64,000 bases of DNA from a virus (taxonomy: Duplodnaviria > Heunggongvirae > Uroviricota > Caudoviricetes), in IMG/VR virus record IMGVR_UViG_3300044712_000123; one strand, given 5' to 3'. Of the stretch, positions 55,820-64,000 are shown piece by piece. The notes beneath the pieces are model-generated. The model did not search any database, was not told the DNA's origin, and was given only the letters and a program-made list of their open reading frames with translations. Position 1 is the first letter of the stretch; each line of letters opens with the position of its first letter. The translations under genes were made by a program, and so were the position numbers.

Positions 55820-57613
55820 TTATACCTTCAATTTGTTATTGACTAATTGTTCATTGTGTTCAAGTATCGGTAACATTTGACGATACATATCCCTCAATTC
55901 ATCAATAGATTTATCATTGATAGAATCAATGACTCGGAAAATAGCGAATAGTCTTTCTTCGTGATTCTCGATTAGATCGTATGATTCGTCCCAAAAGTCA
56001 TTGAACGTCTTAAACCCTTCTTCCTTCAAATACTTTAATGTATGGGGAGGAGCGCATAGAACGAACGGCTTCTTATAGAACATGGGCTGATAAACCTTCT
56101 CACTATAGTTACCTGTTGCTTGTGCAAAGCGAGATTCAGTTACAATGTCACAGAAGATATCTCTATAGAACTTCTCAAGTGAGTTAGTTGTTTCTGTCTC
56201 TCCGGTAACTGAACTGTTGTTGATCTGGTCATAGATAATCTTTCCGGGAAAATGACTATCCATCAGATATTGGTGACTAATCATCACCGCTTCTTTGACA
56301 TTTAAATCAATGTTCAATGGAGCATTACGTGTTAAGTATTGTGTGCCTACAATCATCTTATTAAAGAACTCCATTGTATCATCACTTTCTTTCCATTCAT
56401 GTAAATTATACCAATCAGCTTCGGCTACTGTACAGAAATCTGCTCGAAAATACCATGATGTATAACTATTCAACGGGGCCACATATGCAGCAATTAAGTT
56501 ACGATGAGGGGTATATCTCCAATTGGCGCATATAAATTTCTTAGTGAATTGATCTGCTACCGAATGATCTTGTACTTTGATCGGGATGCAAGTCTTAACA
56601 AACAAATCATCACATACTAATTTCATATAAGGACGATAGTAAGGTAGCTGATTATCCATATCATAATCACATGAGCGTACAGTTACATTAGTTAGTCCGT
56701 TACGTTGAACATATTTTTGTATTGAATCTAGTTCGTCAGCACGAATAGATTCAGGATCTTCGTCCCCGGTGAACTCGCTATAGAACCATCTAGAGTGCTT
56801 TGTTCCGAAAGGTGGATGACGCTGCTGTGCCCCTACTACGTAACTACACAATGGTTCATATAGATAAATGTCTAGCCCATGCTGATTCAAGTATTCAACG
56901 GCTTCACTATCATGTACAATATCACCGATCTCAGGAATCTCTTGGTTGTACATATAAACCATATATGGAGTAGTTGGGTTCTTTAGCTTGTGTCTAATGT
57001 TGAACAAGAAAGGATCTACCAAGCTAGGTCTCTTTGATTCTAAATTAGGGATGTTATACCAGTGTAGATTTTTCCATATGTCGTTTGAATTGATTTTCTC
57101 ACAAGTAATTTGTAATGTATATCTATCCTCTACACCGATGTTGCTTGCTGCATGGGGGCAACCTGCTTCCCATACAAAGTAATCGCCGGCTACCCAATTA
57201 ACAATACCGATGCCATCAATCTCTAAGTAATGTCCTGGCTTCCAGTCTTCAAGCATTACTAGAATGCGACAAACATCTTCGAACTTAGCACCATTAAGTC
57301 TCATGTATGTACGATAGTGATCTGAATGCTCGGGCATTATCTCTAACGTCTGCATCTTGTAGAATGTGTACGTCAAGTTTTTAAAGTCAAACAATCCATT
57401 TAATTTGTACACCCATTCAGGCATAGGATTTTCATTGCTATACATGCTTCCAGTAAAGCTCTTTACATGGTCATATCCTTTACTGACCCATAAATCAACT
57501 TCTTCCTGTGTTACGGGTTGTTTAGTGTATGGAAGTTTGTTATACGAATCTGGATCCCAGAATCTTCCAATATGGCCTTTATACCATTTATGCTTACTCA
57601 TGATTTCTTTCAA
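55820..57613 (-). CDS. fusion: 2OG-Fe(II)/cupin-like domain plus glycosyltransferase-like domain
   Basis: PEHSD...LEDWKPGH...PHAASNIG...RYTLQIT; C-terminal VTES, SEKVYQP, KPF, GFKTF.DFWDESYD. Confidence 0.7.
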   Translation of the reverse strand: MKEIMSKHKWYKGHIGRFWDPDSYNKLPYTKQPVTQEEVDLWVSKGYDHVKSFTGSMYSNENPMPEWVYKLNGLFDFKNLTYTFYKMQTLEIMPEHSDHYRTYMRLNGAKFEDVCRILVMLEDWKPGHYLEIDGIGIVNWVAGDYFVWEAGCPHAASNIGVEDRYTLQITCEKINSNDIWKNLHWYNIPNLESKRPSLVDPFLFNIRHKLKNPTTPYMVYMYNQEIPEIGDIVHDSEAVEYLNQHGLDIYLYEPLCSYVVGAQQRHPPFGTKHSRWFYSEFTGDEDPESIRADELDSIQKYVQRNGLTNVTVRSCDYDMDNQLPYYRPYMKLVCDDLFVKTCIPIKVQDHSVADQFTKKFICANWRYTPHRNLIAAYVAPLNSYTSWYFRADFCTVAEADWYNLHEWKESDDTMEFFNKMIVGTQYLTRNAPLNIDLNVKEAVMISHQYLMDSHFPGKIIYDQINNSSVTGETETTNSLEKFYRDIFCDIVTESRFAQATGNYSEKVYQPMFYKKPFVLCAPPHTLKYLKEEGFKTFNDFWDESYDLIENHEERLFAIFRVIDSINDKSIDELRDMYRQMLPILEHNEQLVNNKLKV

Positions 57614-58571
57614 TATCTAATGTGACACAGTGGAAGCAACCTCCCAGTGTACGTGCGTGACGCATTGGTAACATCTTAACTTCAATACCCTTTGCTTCTA
57701 ACATATCACGCAAGTTTGTTTGATGTTCTTCTACGATAGCTAAGTTAGGATTAACGCTAAACATATTTACACTGACCCATGTGCTAGCATTACAAAAGCC
57801 AGGGTAATGTCCAATATCAACAGGCTCAGGTGCCCAGATTACATCCCAATTACGCAATACCTCAGGTAATTGTTCTACTGATTTAATACGTGATGGGTTT
57901 AATAGCATTAATCCTTCACGCAACAATGCAATCGTACTGTCTAAATGCATATAGCTGTAAACATTCTCAATTAAATGCACACGCTTGTTTGGATGTAAGT
58001 GACGCAACATCTCTGCACCTGTCTTATTTCCGCTATTGCTCACAAGATAAAACAAGTCATCATTGCAACGTAATACATTGGCAGCATCAAACGCAGGCTC
58101 TGTCTCATTCAGTGCTAAGATATCAGGGTTGCCGATACAGTTCGCATTATACAGATTAGTATTGCGTGGGATGTTCGTTGCCATGACTTTACCGTATTGT
58201 TTAAGTGTGCCGTACATAGCTTTGAACTCATTAGCTCTACTACGCAATGGGTTAGGAGTAGCGAGGATAACGTCATCGTGAATCAATACTGTGTCACGTG
58301 GGCAATAGTTGTAATAGTCTGGCTTGAAGGACTTATCTGGACGATAGACAGTAACACCCTGACTCTTTAAGAAGTCGCTTAATATCTCTAAGTCTTCGTT
58401 CGCTTCGTCAATCACTTGTTGTGGATATGGACCCTGCGGTAAGTTATACATATAACGCTTGTCTGCATAGTTGACAAGTCGCAAGCTAGGATCTGCTAGG
58501 GGAATACGTGCATCATCTGCGATACCCACGATCACTGACTTTAATGGGTCCCATTCATTCTTACTTAACAT
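57594..58571 (-). CDS. amidinotransferase (glycine/inosamine-phosphate type)
   Basis: NEWDPLKSVIVG, CPRD, FDAAN, HLDST, GGCFHCVTLD. Confidence 0.92.
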   Translation of the reverse strand: MLSKNEWDPLKSVIVGIADDARIPLADPSLRLVNYADKRYMYNLPQGPYPQQVIDEANEDLEILSDFLKSQGVTVYRPDKSFKPDYYNYCPRDTVLIHDDVILATPNPLRSRANEFKAMYGTLKQYGKVMATNIPRNTNLYNANCIGNPDILALNETEPAFDAANVLRCNDDLFYLVSNSGNKTGAEMLRHLHPNKRVHLIENVYSYMHLDSTIALLREGLMLLNPSRIKSVEQLPEVLRNWDVIWAPEPVDIGHYPGFCNASTWVSVNMFSVNPNLAIVEEHQTNLRDMLEAKGIEVKMLPMRHARTLGGCFHCVTLDIERNHE

Positions 58572-59151
58572 TGAATACTTTCATCTTTGATATATCTGGA
58601 TAGTCTTTAAAAGACCATTGTCTCGGCTCCAAGTCCTTGACGATGTTGAAACGGTCGAGTCCCAATTGTGCTGTCTCTGGGGTCATGTAGTAATGGTAGC
58701 CCAATGTATCTACGTCTTGTTCAGCCCAAGCAACATCTGGAAGTCGACCGTCATAACTCATCTTCTTTAACTGTGTATATGACTCGTAATCATCAGTTAA
58801 TATCATTCCACCACGTCCTACGTTTAAATGTTTCTTGTGTTGAAACGATAGACACATGAATGAGTTAGGTACATAGCCACCACGCTTGAAATACACGGCA
58901 GCATCAATGATATTAGTATTGCCCAAGAAGTAATATTCTTCCCAATTAGTATGATACCAATGCCAATTAAGATGTAATTTCTCTAAAGTCATAGGCACAC
59001 TCAGATAAGTGTGCTTTTGTGTAGTGACTTTCTTAAACTGTGTATGCCGTAGACATAGCTCAAGTGCATGAGTACAACAGTCAGTGGCTACGGCATACTT
59101 GCTGCCGTAGAACTCTGCTATTGTTTCTTCAAAATGTGTGACTTCGATCAT
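58561..59151 (-). CDS. short DegT-family PLP aminotransferase
   Basis: DCCTHAL, DAA, SFQHKKHL, RGGMILTD; lacks the usual C-terminal domain. Confidence 0.8.
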   Translation of the reverse strand: MIEVTHFEETIAEFYGSKYAVATDCCTHALELCLRHTQFKKVTTQKHTYLSVPMTLEKLHLNWHWYHTNWEEYYFLGNTNIIDAAVYFKRGGYVPNSFMCLSFQHKKHLNVGRGGMILTDDYESYTQLKKMSYDGRLPDVAWAEQDVDTLGYHYYMTPETAQLGLDRFNIVKDLEPRQWSFKDYPDISKMKVFNVK

Positions 59152-61424
59152 ACTGGGAGATTAGGTCTCGATACTTTACGTGTCTTGATACTATCAAGTG
59201 AAATAGTCTGAACTTCGGCTAGCTTCATGACTTCTTTCTCTGGTAATGCATCACGCTTAACGTCAGATACCTTTACTTCATAGTCTTCTACGTTACCCCA
59301 GTCACCTGTACCCACATAATGTAGATTAAATGAGAAGTCAATAGTTGCATTTAATGCAGCTTCTTCATTCAACAAGTCGCTAAAGTCTTGACCGTTACGT
59401 CCTTCTTCGTCACTCCAGCTAGGCTTTGCTAGCTTACGGGCACGTTTAGTTGTATTAGATTGTAGTCGTGAATAGTCTTGTGCATAGAACGGACCTTTGC
59501 GACCCTCTGGTGGAGGCAATCTGTCATCATATGGGTTCTCGACATTCTGGTCGAACTTCATATCAAAGTCAGCAGACCATTGACCTTCGTCACTAATCGT
59601 AAACTTATACACTGCATTAAACATACCCGGGCCAAATTGACTACCGAATTCTTTTAAATCAATCTCAGGGTTGAAATGAATCTCAGCTTCATAACCTCCA
59701 CGACACTTCCAAAGCATACGCAAGAAGGGCCATATCTCGTTGACTAGACTGTTAGCGAAGGGATTGTTATTAACATCAACTGGTGGAATGATATTGTAGT
59801 CAAATTTCTCGTACTTAATTTCATTCTGTACCTTAGGATTATTTAATTTAATCTTATAGTGACTTTTCTCTAATGACGAACGATGAGGATAACTGATTGG
59901 AACTTCTGTTACACCACGCAAGAAGTCAGCAAACATATGCCAAGTCTTTACTCGCATTAACAAATGTGTGCCACCGAACGTAAAGTCATTACGGATCCAA
60001 TGACCCATGTACTTGTGCCAACTGATGTTAAACTTGTGTGGATTCTGTCCTACAATAGTCTCTGGACCCATGCCATATCCTACGCCTAAGCCAGCGTTAT
60101 TGATATTGTTATTACGCATACGCCACAAGAACGTCATTGTGTCTGCATAGTCTTGATAGTCTTCAGTGGGGAAGCCTACGATCCAGTTAGTTGCAGCATA
60201 GATACCAACCTTCTTGCAGTCAATAAAGTTCTGCTCCATCTCTTGAATAGTAACACCCTTAGCCATATCGTCTAGGACTTTTTGACTCCCTGACTCTACG
60301 CCAAAATTAAACATAATTGCGCCACCGTCTTTTAAGTCTTGCAAATACTCTAAATTCATACGGCCATCACAACGTGCATAGCCTGTCCACTTAACGTCTA
60401 GGTTTTTATTCTTTAATGCTAGAGCAAATGCACGTAATTCATTTGGATTACCGTTAATTAAACTGTCAATAAACCAAACAATGTTTGTGCCTTTGTTGTA
60501 ATAAAGCCATTCAATCTCGTCAATTAAGTCAACGCTCTGACGCTGACGGTACTTCCAGAAGTGTGTTTCTTCACAGAATGTACACTTAGCTGTGCAACCA
60601 CGACTGATTTCACTATTAACGCCGTTAGGCAATTCGTATAGATTGAAGTCAATAGATTCATAGTCTGGCATTGGCAAGCCATTGATGTTGATACGTTGAT
60701 CTTCGGGCTGTGTAAGAACTAACGGGGTGTTACGCACATTACCTTGCTCTACATCGTCTAATAGAACTAATAGGTTCTGTTCACCTTCACCCACTACAAC
60801 ATAATCATAATAGTCTTCGATCTTGAACCATGATTTGTGTACGTTAGGACCACCAACAGCGATCTTAACGTTGGGCATTCTACGCTTTAGTTCACGACAC
60901 ATCCACTTAGTGGGTTCTTCGCTAATGTAATAGACACTAAAGCCAACAACATCAGGCTGTAGTTCTACAAGCTCGTCAATAGCTTGAGTAAGAATAGGTT
61001 CGAGTACGGGGTGAATGTCGTTTAGATATGTGTCTCCGAGCCAGTGCCATGATGCACTAGGATCCCATAGTCTAAAGGGAAGTTTCTTATTGGGTTGCCA
61101 GTCATCACGGTGAGCATTGTATGCCTTAACGTTCAAGTCCATGATTGTTGTTTCATATCCTGCACTCTTAGCGATGCCACTCAGCCTTGCTAGACTAAAT
61201 GGAGGCATATGGGGTGACCATTCAGGACATAGAACTAATGCTAGCTTAGTCTTACGTGTCTTGTAGTCTACGTATACAGGCGTTAAGTTCTTTTGGACAG
61301 TCTTTTTCGCATATGGTGCGATAGCTTCCATCATTGAACGATGGCGTGCATCAGCGATATCTTCTGTGGGTTTTTCTTTTGGCTCGACTTTTTTAGCGGC
61401 TAAAGATTTTAGATTGAAATCCAA
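59148..61424 (-). CDS. B12-binding radical SAM enzyme
   Basis: PPFSLARL, DVVGFSVY, VGGP, GEGE, SRGCTAKCTFC, GVESGS. Confidence 0.9.
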   Translation of the reverse strand: MDFNLKSLAAKKVEPKEKPTEDIADARHRSMMEAIAPYAKKTVQKNLTPVYVDYKTRKTKLALVLCPEWSPHMPPFSLARLSGIAKSAGYETTIMDLNVKAYNAHRDDWQPNKKLPFRLWDPSASWHWLGDTYLNDIHPVLEPILTQAIDELVELQPDVVGFSVYYISEEPTKWMCRELKRRMPNVKIAVGGPNVHKSWFKIEDYYDYVVVGEGEQNLLVLLDDVEQGNVRNTPLVLTQPEDQRININGLPMPDYESIDFNLYELPNGVNSEISRGCTAKCTFCEETHFWKYRQRQSVDLIDEIEWLYYNKGTNIVWFIDSLINGNPNELRAFALALKNKNLDVKWTGYARCDGRMNLEYLQDLKDGGAIMFNFGVESGSQKVLDDMAKGVTIQEMEQNFIDCKKVGIYAATNWIVGFPTEDYQDYADTMTFLWRMRNNNINNAGLGVGYGMGPETIVGQNPHKFNISWHKYMGHWIRNDFTFGGTHLLMRVKTWHMFADFLRGVTEVPISYPHRSSLEKSHYKIKLNNPKVQNEIKYEKFDYNIIPPVDVNNNPFANSLVNEIWPFLRMLWKCRGGYEAEIHFNPEIDLKEFGSQFGPGMFNAVYKFTISDEGQWSADFDMKFDQNVENPYDDRLPPPEGRKGPFYAQDYSRLQSNTTKRARKLAKPSWSDEEGRNGQDFSDLLNEEAALNATIDFSFNLHYVGTGDWGNVEDYEVKVSDVKRDALPEKEVMKLAEVQTISLDSIKTRKVSRPNLPV

Positions 61425-61488
61425 ACAATTGTCTCCTATAACTCTTACTAGTATACACTATTTAAGTCAAGGAGACAACCGTATAGAA

Positions 61489-64000
61489 TTACTGTTTGAC
61501 CTTTAAGTGATAAATTGCACCTTTGGGCAAAAACTTTATTGGGTATTTGTTCACAATATACAATCCTGCTTCTTCGATAAATGCTTCATATCGCACATCC
61601 TGAACAGATTCAATGATATAAAGGTCAGCATCGTCAGATAAATGTTTTCTGATATTAGCATAGAACTCTTTGTGTATTCCCCAATTCTCGTCTACAACTA
61701 ATCTTGCACTGTTTTCAATAAACTGATGACTGCGTTCTGGATCGTTTCGCATATGGTCAAAGAATCCACTAGCTTCTTCACTGTGAGGAGGATTGGATAC
61801 AACCAAATCCCATTTTTCGTGTTCAGGTATATTGCCAATACATGGAGTAACATAACCGGTAACCTTACTACTTAAACCGTTACTGTTTGCAGTATCAACA
61901 CAATGTCTGATGGCAATGTCATAATAATCACTAAACACTAGAGACTTAGTTAGATGCAGACCTAGTAATTCATATCCCAACACACCAAATCCTGCACACC
62001 ATTCAAATGCTCTGTTATAATAGCTCTTACCAGAAGCACAGATTGCAGTAACTAAATCTGAAACCATTTCTCTACCACCGCCATCTAAATGTGTAGGGAA
62101 CGTGACTTTGATTCCTCCGCTAAGTTCGATTGTTTGCGGTGTCCAATCTCTATCTACATTAGTGTCCATTAATGTCATATAGTCAGGTTTCTCTTGTGAC
62201 AAATAGATGGGCTTGCAATTACTGTCTTTTGCTAAATCACTAAAGAAAGGTGTAATATCTGTAGGGCTATAGTCACGTGTTTTGACATGTTGACTATTGT
62301 GTTTGACGATAGCTAATATATTACGCTCCCACTCAGCCCATTCTTCATCCGTCTGATTACATAGTCTTTCAATCTCATTGACTACAAAGTTAAAACGGTC
62401 TTGATCGTTTTCAATATCATCGTATGCTTCATTGATATATGGACTAAATGTCTTGTAGCCACTATTCTTTAACTCTTTTAGTAATCCTGGTCGAGCTAAT
62501 GCAATAAATGGATGTTCCAAGATCATACAACGATAAGTCTTTTCTGTAATAAACATGCTGTCAGCATATTGTCCAGCGTTGTATTTCACTGTACGATAAT
62601 CTTTATAGAAGATTGTTTCCGTAACAATACTGAAATGACTATCACGATGGTACTTGATATCATCACTAATAATGTCAACAGGATTAACACGGTTCTCGTT
62701 TATGTTTAATCTTAGTGGTAATTTGTCTTTGTTAAGAATGATATTTGGAAACTCATCGGGAATCATTCCATTAATACGATCTTGTAAGCCGTCAGTGCCT
62801 TCAAATGAATAGTAACCCTTGTCAATTAAACCGTTACCCATCATACGTTCTAATAATTTCAAACGATGCTCACGGTCTACTTTATTAAAGCATACAAATA
62901 GTTTGTTTTTCTTAACTGTTGGATCGTATTCTGGAAGACTATCGAAGTCCTTAATAGCCATCTTAGCTGCTTTAAATTCGAGTCCGTGACACGCTAATAC
63001 GTTGATATTATGATGCCATTCATGTGTTTTACGTTCTCGTTGATATGCTTCTACACCATCCACACTGCTGGTTAGATAGAATAAGTTGTCGGGACCAATC
63101 TCATGCCCAATAACATCAGCGATTCGTTGAATCTTACTAACAATGTGACTCAAGAATCCTTCTTCGACAGTCCAGAATAAAAACTTCTTTTTACCCTCGA
63201 ATCTACTTGCATGTAGAATTTCGTTGATAATATCTTCTGTTGGGCGCTTAATGAATGAGGTTGACATTTCAATTCCAGCATAGACCAGATGAGTCTGACT
63301 GGCATATTGTTGTAATGACGGCCAAATATTGTATAATTGGTACTGCATTATACTAATTGATTCAGGTGGCGTGACATATCTAGTCTCTCTTTTACGAGTA
63401 TCACCGTAATGAATGATCTCCCCTGTATGCTGCTTATCTGTAATCTTGCGCCACGGGTCAATAACAACAATGTGATTGTCGAATTTAATTTCTTCGACCC
63501 ATTGTTCCCAATAACCAATTAGATATACATGAGTCCAGTTGCGTCTTAGATCATTGTCTCCTGTGTTAGGATCATAGTAATGAACTTGACCACCGTGCTT
63601 TTCGATATAGTATCCAACTAACATGCTTGCAGAGCCGTTTAAGTATGGAACTGCTGGCTTGTATGCTTTACCAATTATAGTAATGTTCTTGCCGTTCTTC
63701 AAACATTTAAGTGCCATTAGTTCTGCTTGTTTCTCACGTGCGGTCATAATACTATCAAACAAGTCATATCCTAAGTCTAGTCTATCTGCTAGATAGCGTA
63801 ATGCAATGTTATCTCTAGGGTGACATGCACCTGCATCTCCGAGCCCGGCAGTCATGTATGCAGGGCCCATAATGCGATAGGTACTGTGCTTCAATGCGTT
63901 TGTTACTACGTCTACATTGATATTGCCGTTACGTTCTGCAACGTCTTGAATCATATTGACTAATGCTAGCTTGGTACTGATAAATGTATTGTAGAATATC
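61489..64000 (-). CDS. UDP-glucose/GDP-mannose dehydrogenase fused to glycosyltransferase-like and methyltransferase domains (5' end outside window)
   Basis: frame open to the window edge (IFYNTFISTKLALVN); GDAGACHPRD, AYKP; middle VTET..FITEKT..HPF; C-terminal EWCAGFG...DLVVSNPPH. Confidence 0.8.
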   Translation of the reverse strand, partial: IFYNTFISTKLALVNMIQDVAERNGNINVDVVTNALKHSTYRIMGPAYMTAGLGDAGACHPRDNIALRYLADRLDLGYDLFDSIMTAREKQAELMALKCLKNGKNITIIGKAYKPAVPYLNGSASMLVGYYIEKHGGQVHYYDPNTGDNDLRRNWTHVYLIGYWEQWVEEIKFDNHIVVIDPWRKITDKQHTGEIIHYGDTRKRETRYVTPPESISIMQYQLYNIWPSLQQYASQTHLVYAGIEMSTSFIKRPTEDIINEILHASRFEGKKKFLFWTVEEGFLSHIVSKIQRIADVIGHEIGPDNLFYLTSSVDGVEAYQRERKTHEWHHNINVLACHGLEFKAAKMAIKDFDSLPEYDPTVKKNKLFVCFNKVDREHRLKLLERMMGNGLIDKGYYSFEGTDGLQDRINGMIPDEFPNIILNKDKLPLRLNINENRVNPVDIISDDIKYHRDSHFSIVTETIFYKDYRTVKYNAGQYADSMFITEKTYRCMILEHPFIALARPGLLKELKNSGYKTFSPYINEAYDDIENDQDRFNFVVNEIERLCNQTDEEWAEWERNILAIVKHNSQHVKTRDYSPTDITPFFSDLAKDSNCKPIYLSQEKPDYMTLMDTNVDRDWTPQTIELSGGIKVTFPTHLDGGGREMVSDLVTAICASGKSYYNRAFEWCAGFGVLGYELLGLHLTKSLVFSDYYDIAIRHCVDTANSNGLSSKVTGYVTPCIGNIPEHEKWDLVVSNPPHSEEASGFFDHMRNDPERSHQFIENSARLVVDENWGIHKEFYANIRKHLSDDADLYIIESVQDVRYEAFIEEAGLYIVNKYPIKFLPKGAIYHLKVKQ

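Noticed and set aside
267-62709. Numerous plus-strand and nested ORFs in the track (e.g. 3943-4641, 5524-6117, 13450-13983, 45153-45533)
   Set aside because: Antisense shadows of well-supported minus-strand genes or RNAs, lacking motifs; only 904-1527 and 8261-8965 are accepted on the plus strand.
1-64000. Genome-wide TAG reassignment (genetic code 15)
   Set aside because: Coding density is already near complete under code 11, long late and early genes have no internal TAG, and TAG appears to act as a real stop at 24574, 28841 and 29571, where read-through would not produce an in-frame fusion with the next gene.

Overview
Segment of a large (jumbo-type) T4-like tailed phage genome, with almost all genes on the minus strand; a Betaproteobacteria-like Gram-negative host is inferred, not shown. 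Left part (1-17 kb): early accessory cassettes, each behind a near-consensus sigma70 promoter, including an NAD salvage/ADP-ribose cluster (NAMPT, NadM-Nudix, macrodomain, SLOG, NDT-like), rIIA/rIIB and two antisense GIY-YIG endonucleases. Middle: UvsY, UvsX, gp32-like SSB, terminase large subunit, virion and spanin-like genes, thyA/DHFR, MoxR-VWA and AhpC/AhpD. At 43-46 kb lies an RNA/translation island: an amber-suppressor tRNA (anticodon CUA) about 330 bp upstream of a gene with a strong SD and an in-frame TAG at codon 3, a circularly permuted two-piece tmRNA (tag ANDESFRIAA) and two HNH genes. Right part (47-64 kb): a sugar-modification cluster (carbamoyltransferase, amidinotransferase, DegT, B12 radical SAM, UDP-sugar dehydrogenase fusion, 1503-aa repeat protein). 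Best candidates for novelty: the suppressor-tRNA-gated gene, a covarying AUAGA-loop hairpin in NAD-gene leaders, a covarying structured leader shared by both GIY-YIG genes, and promoter -35 boxes that also serve as stop codons. All calls come from reading the sequence by eye; no searches were run.
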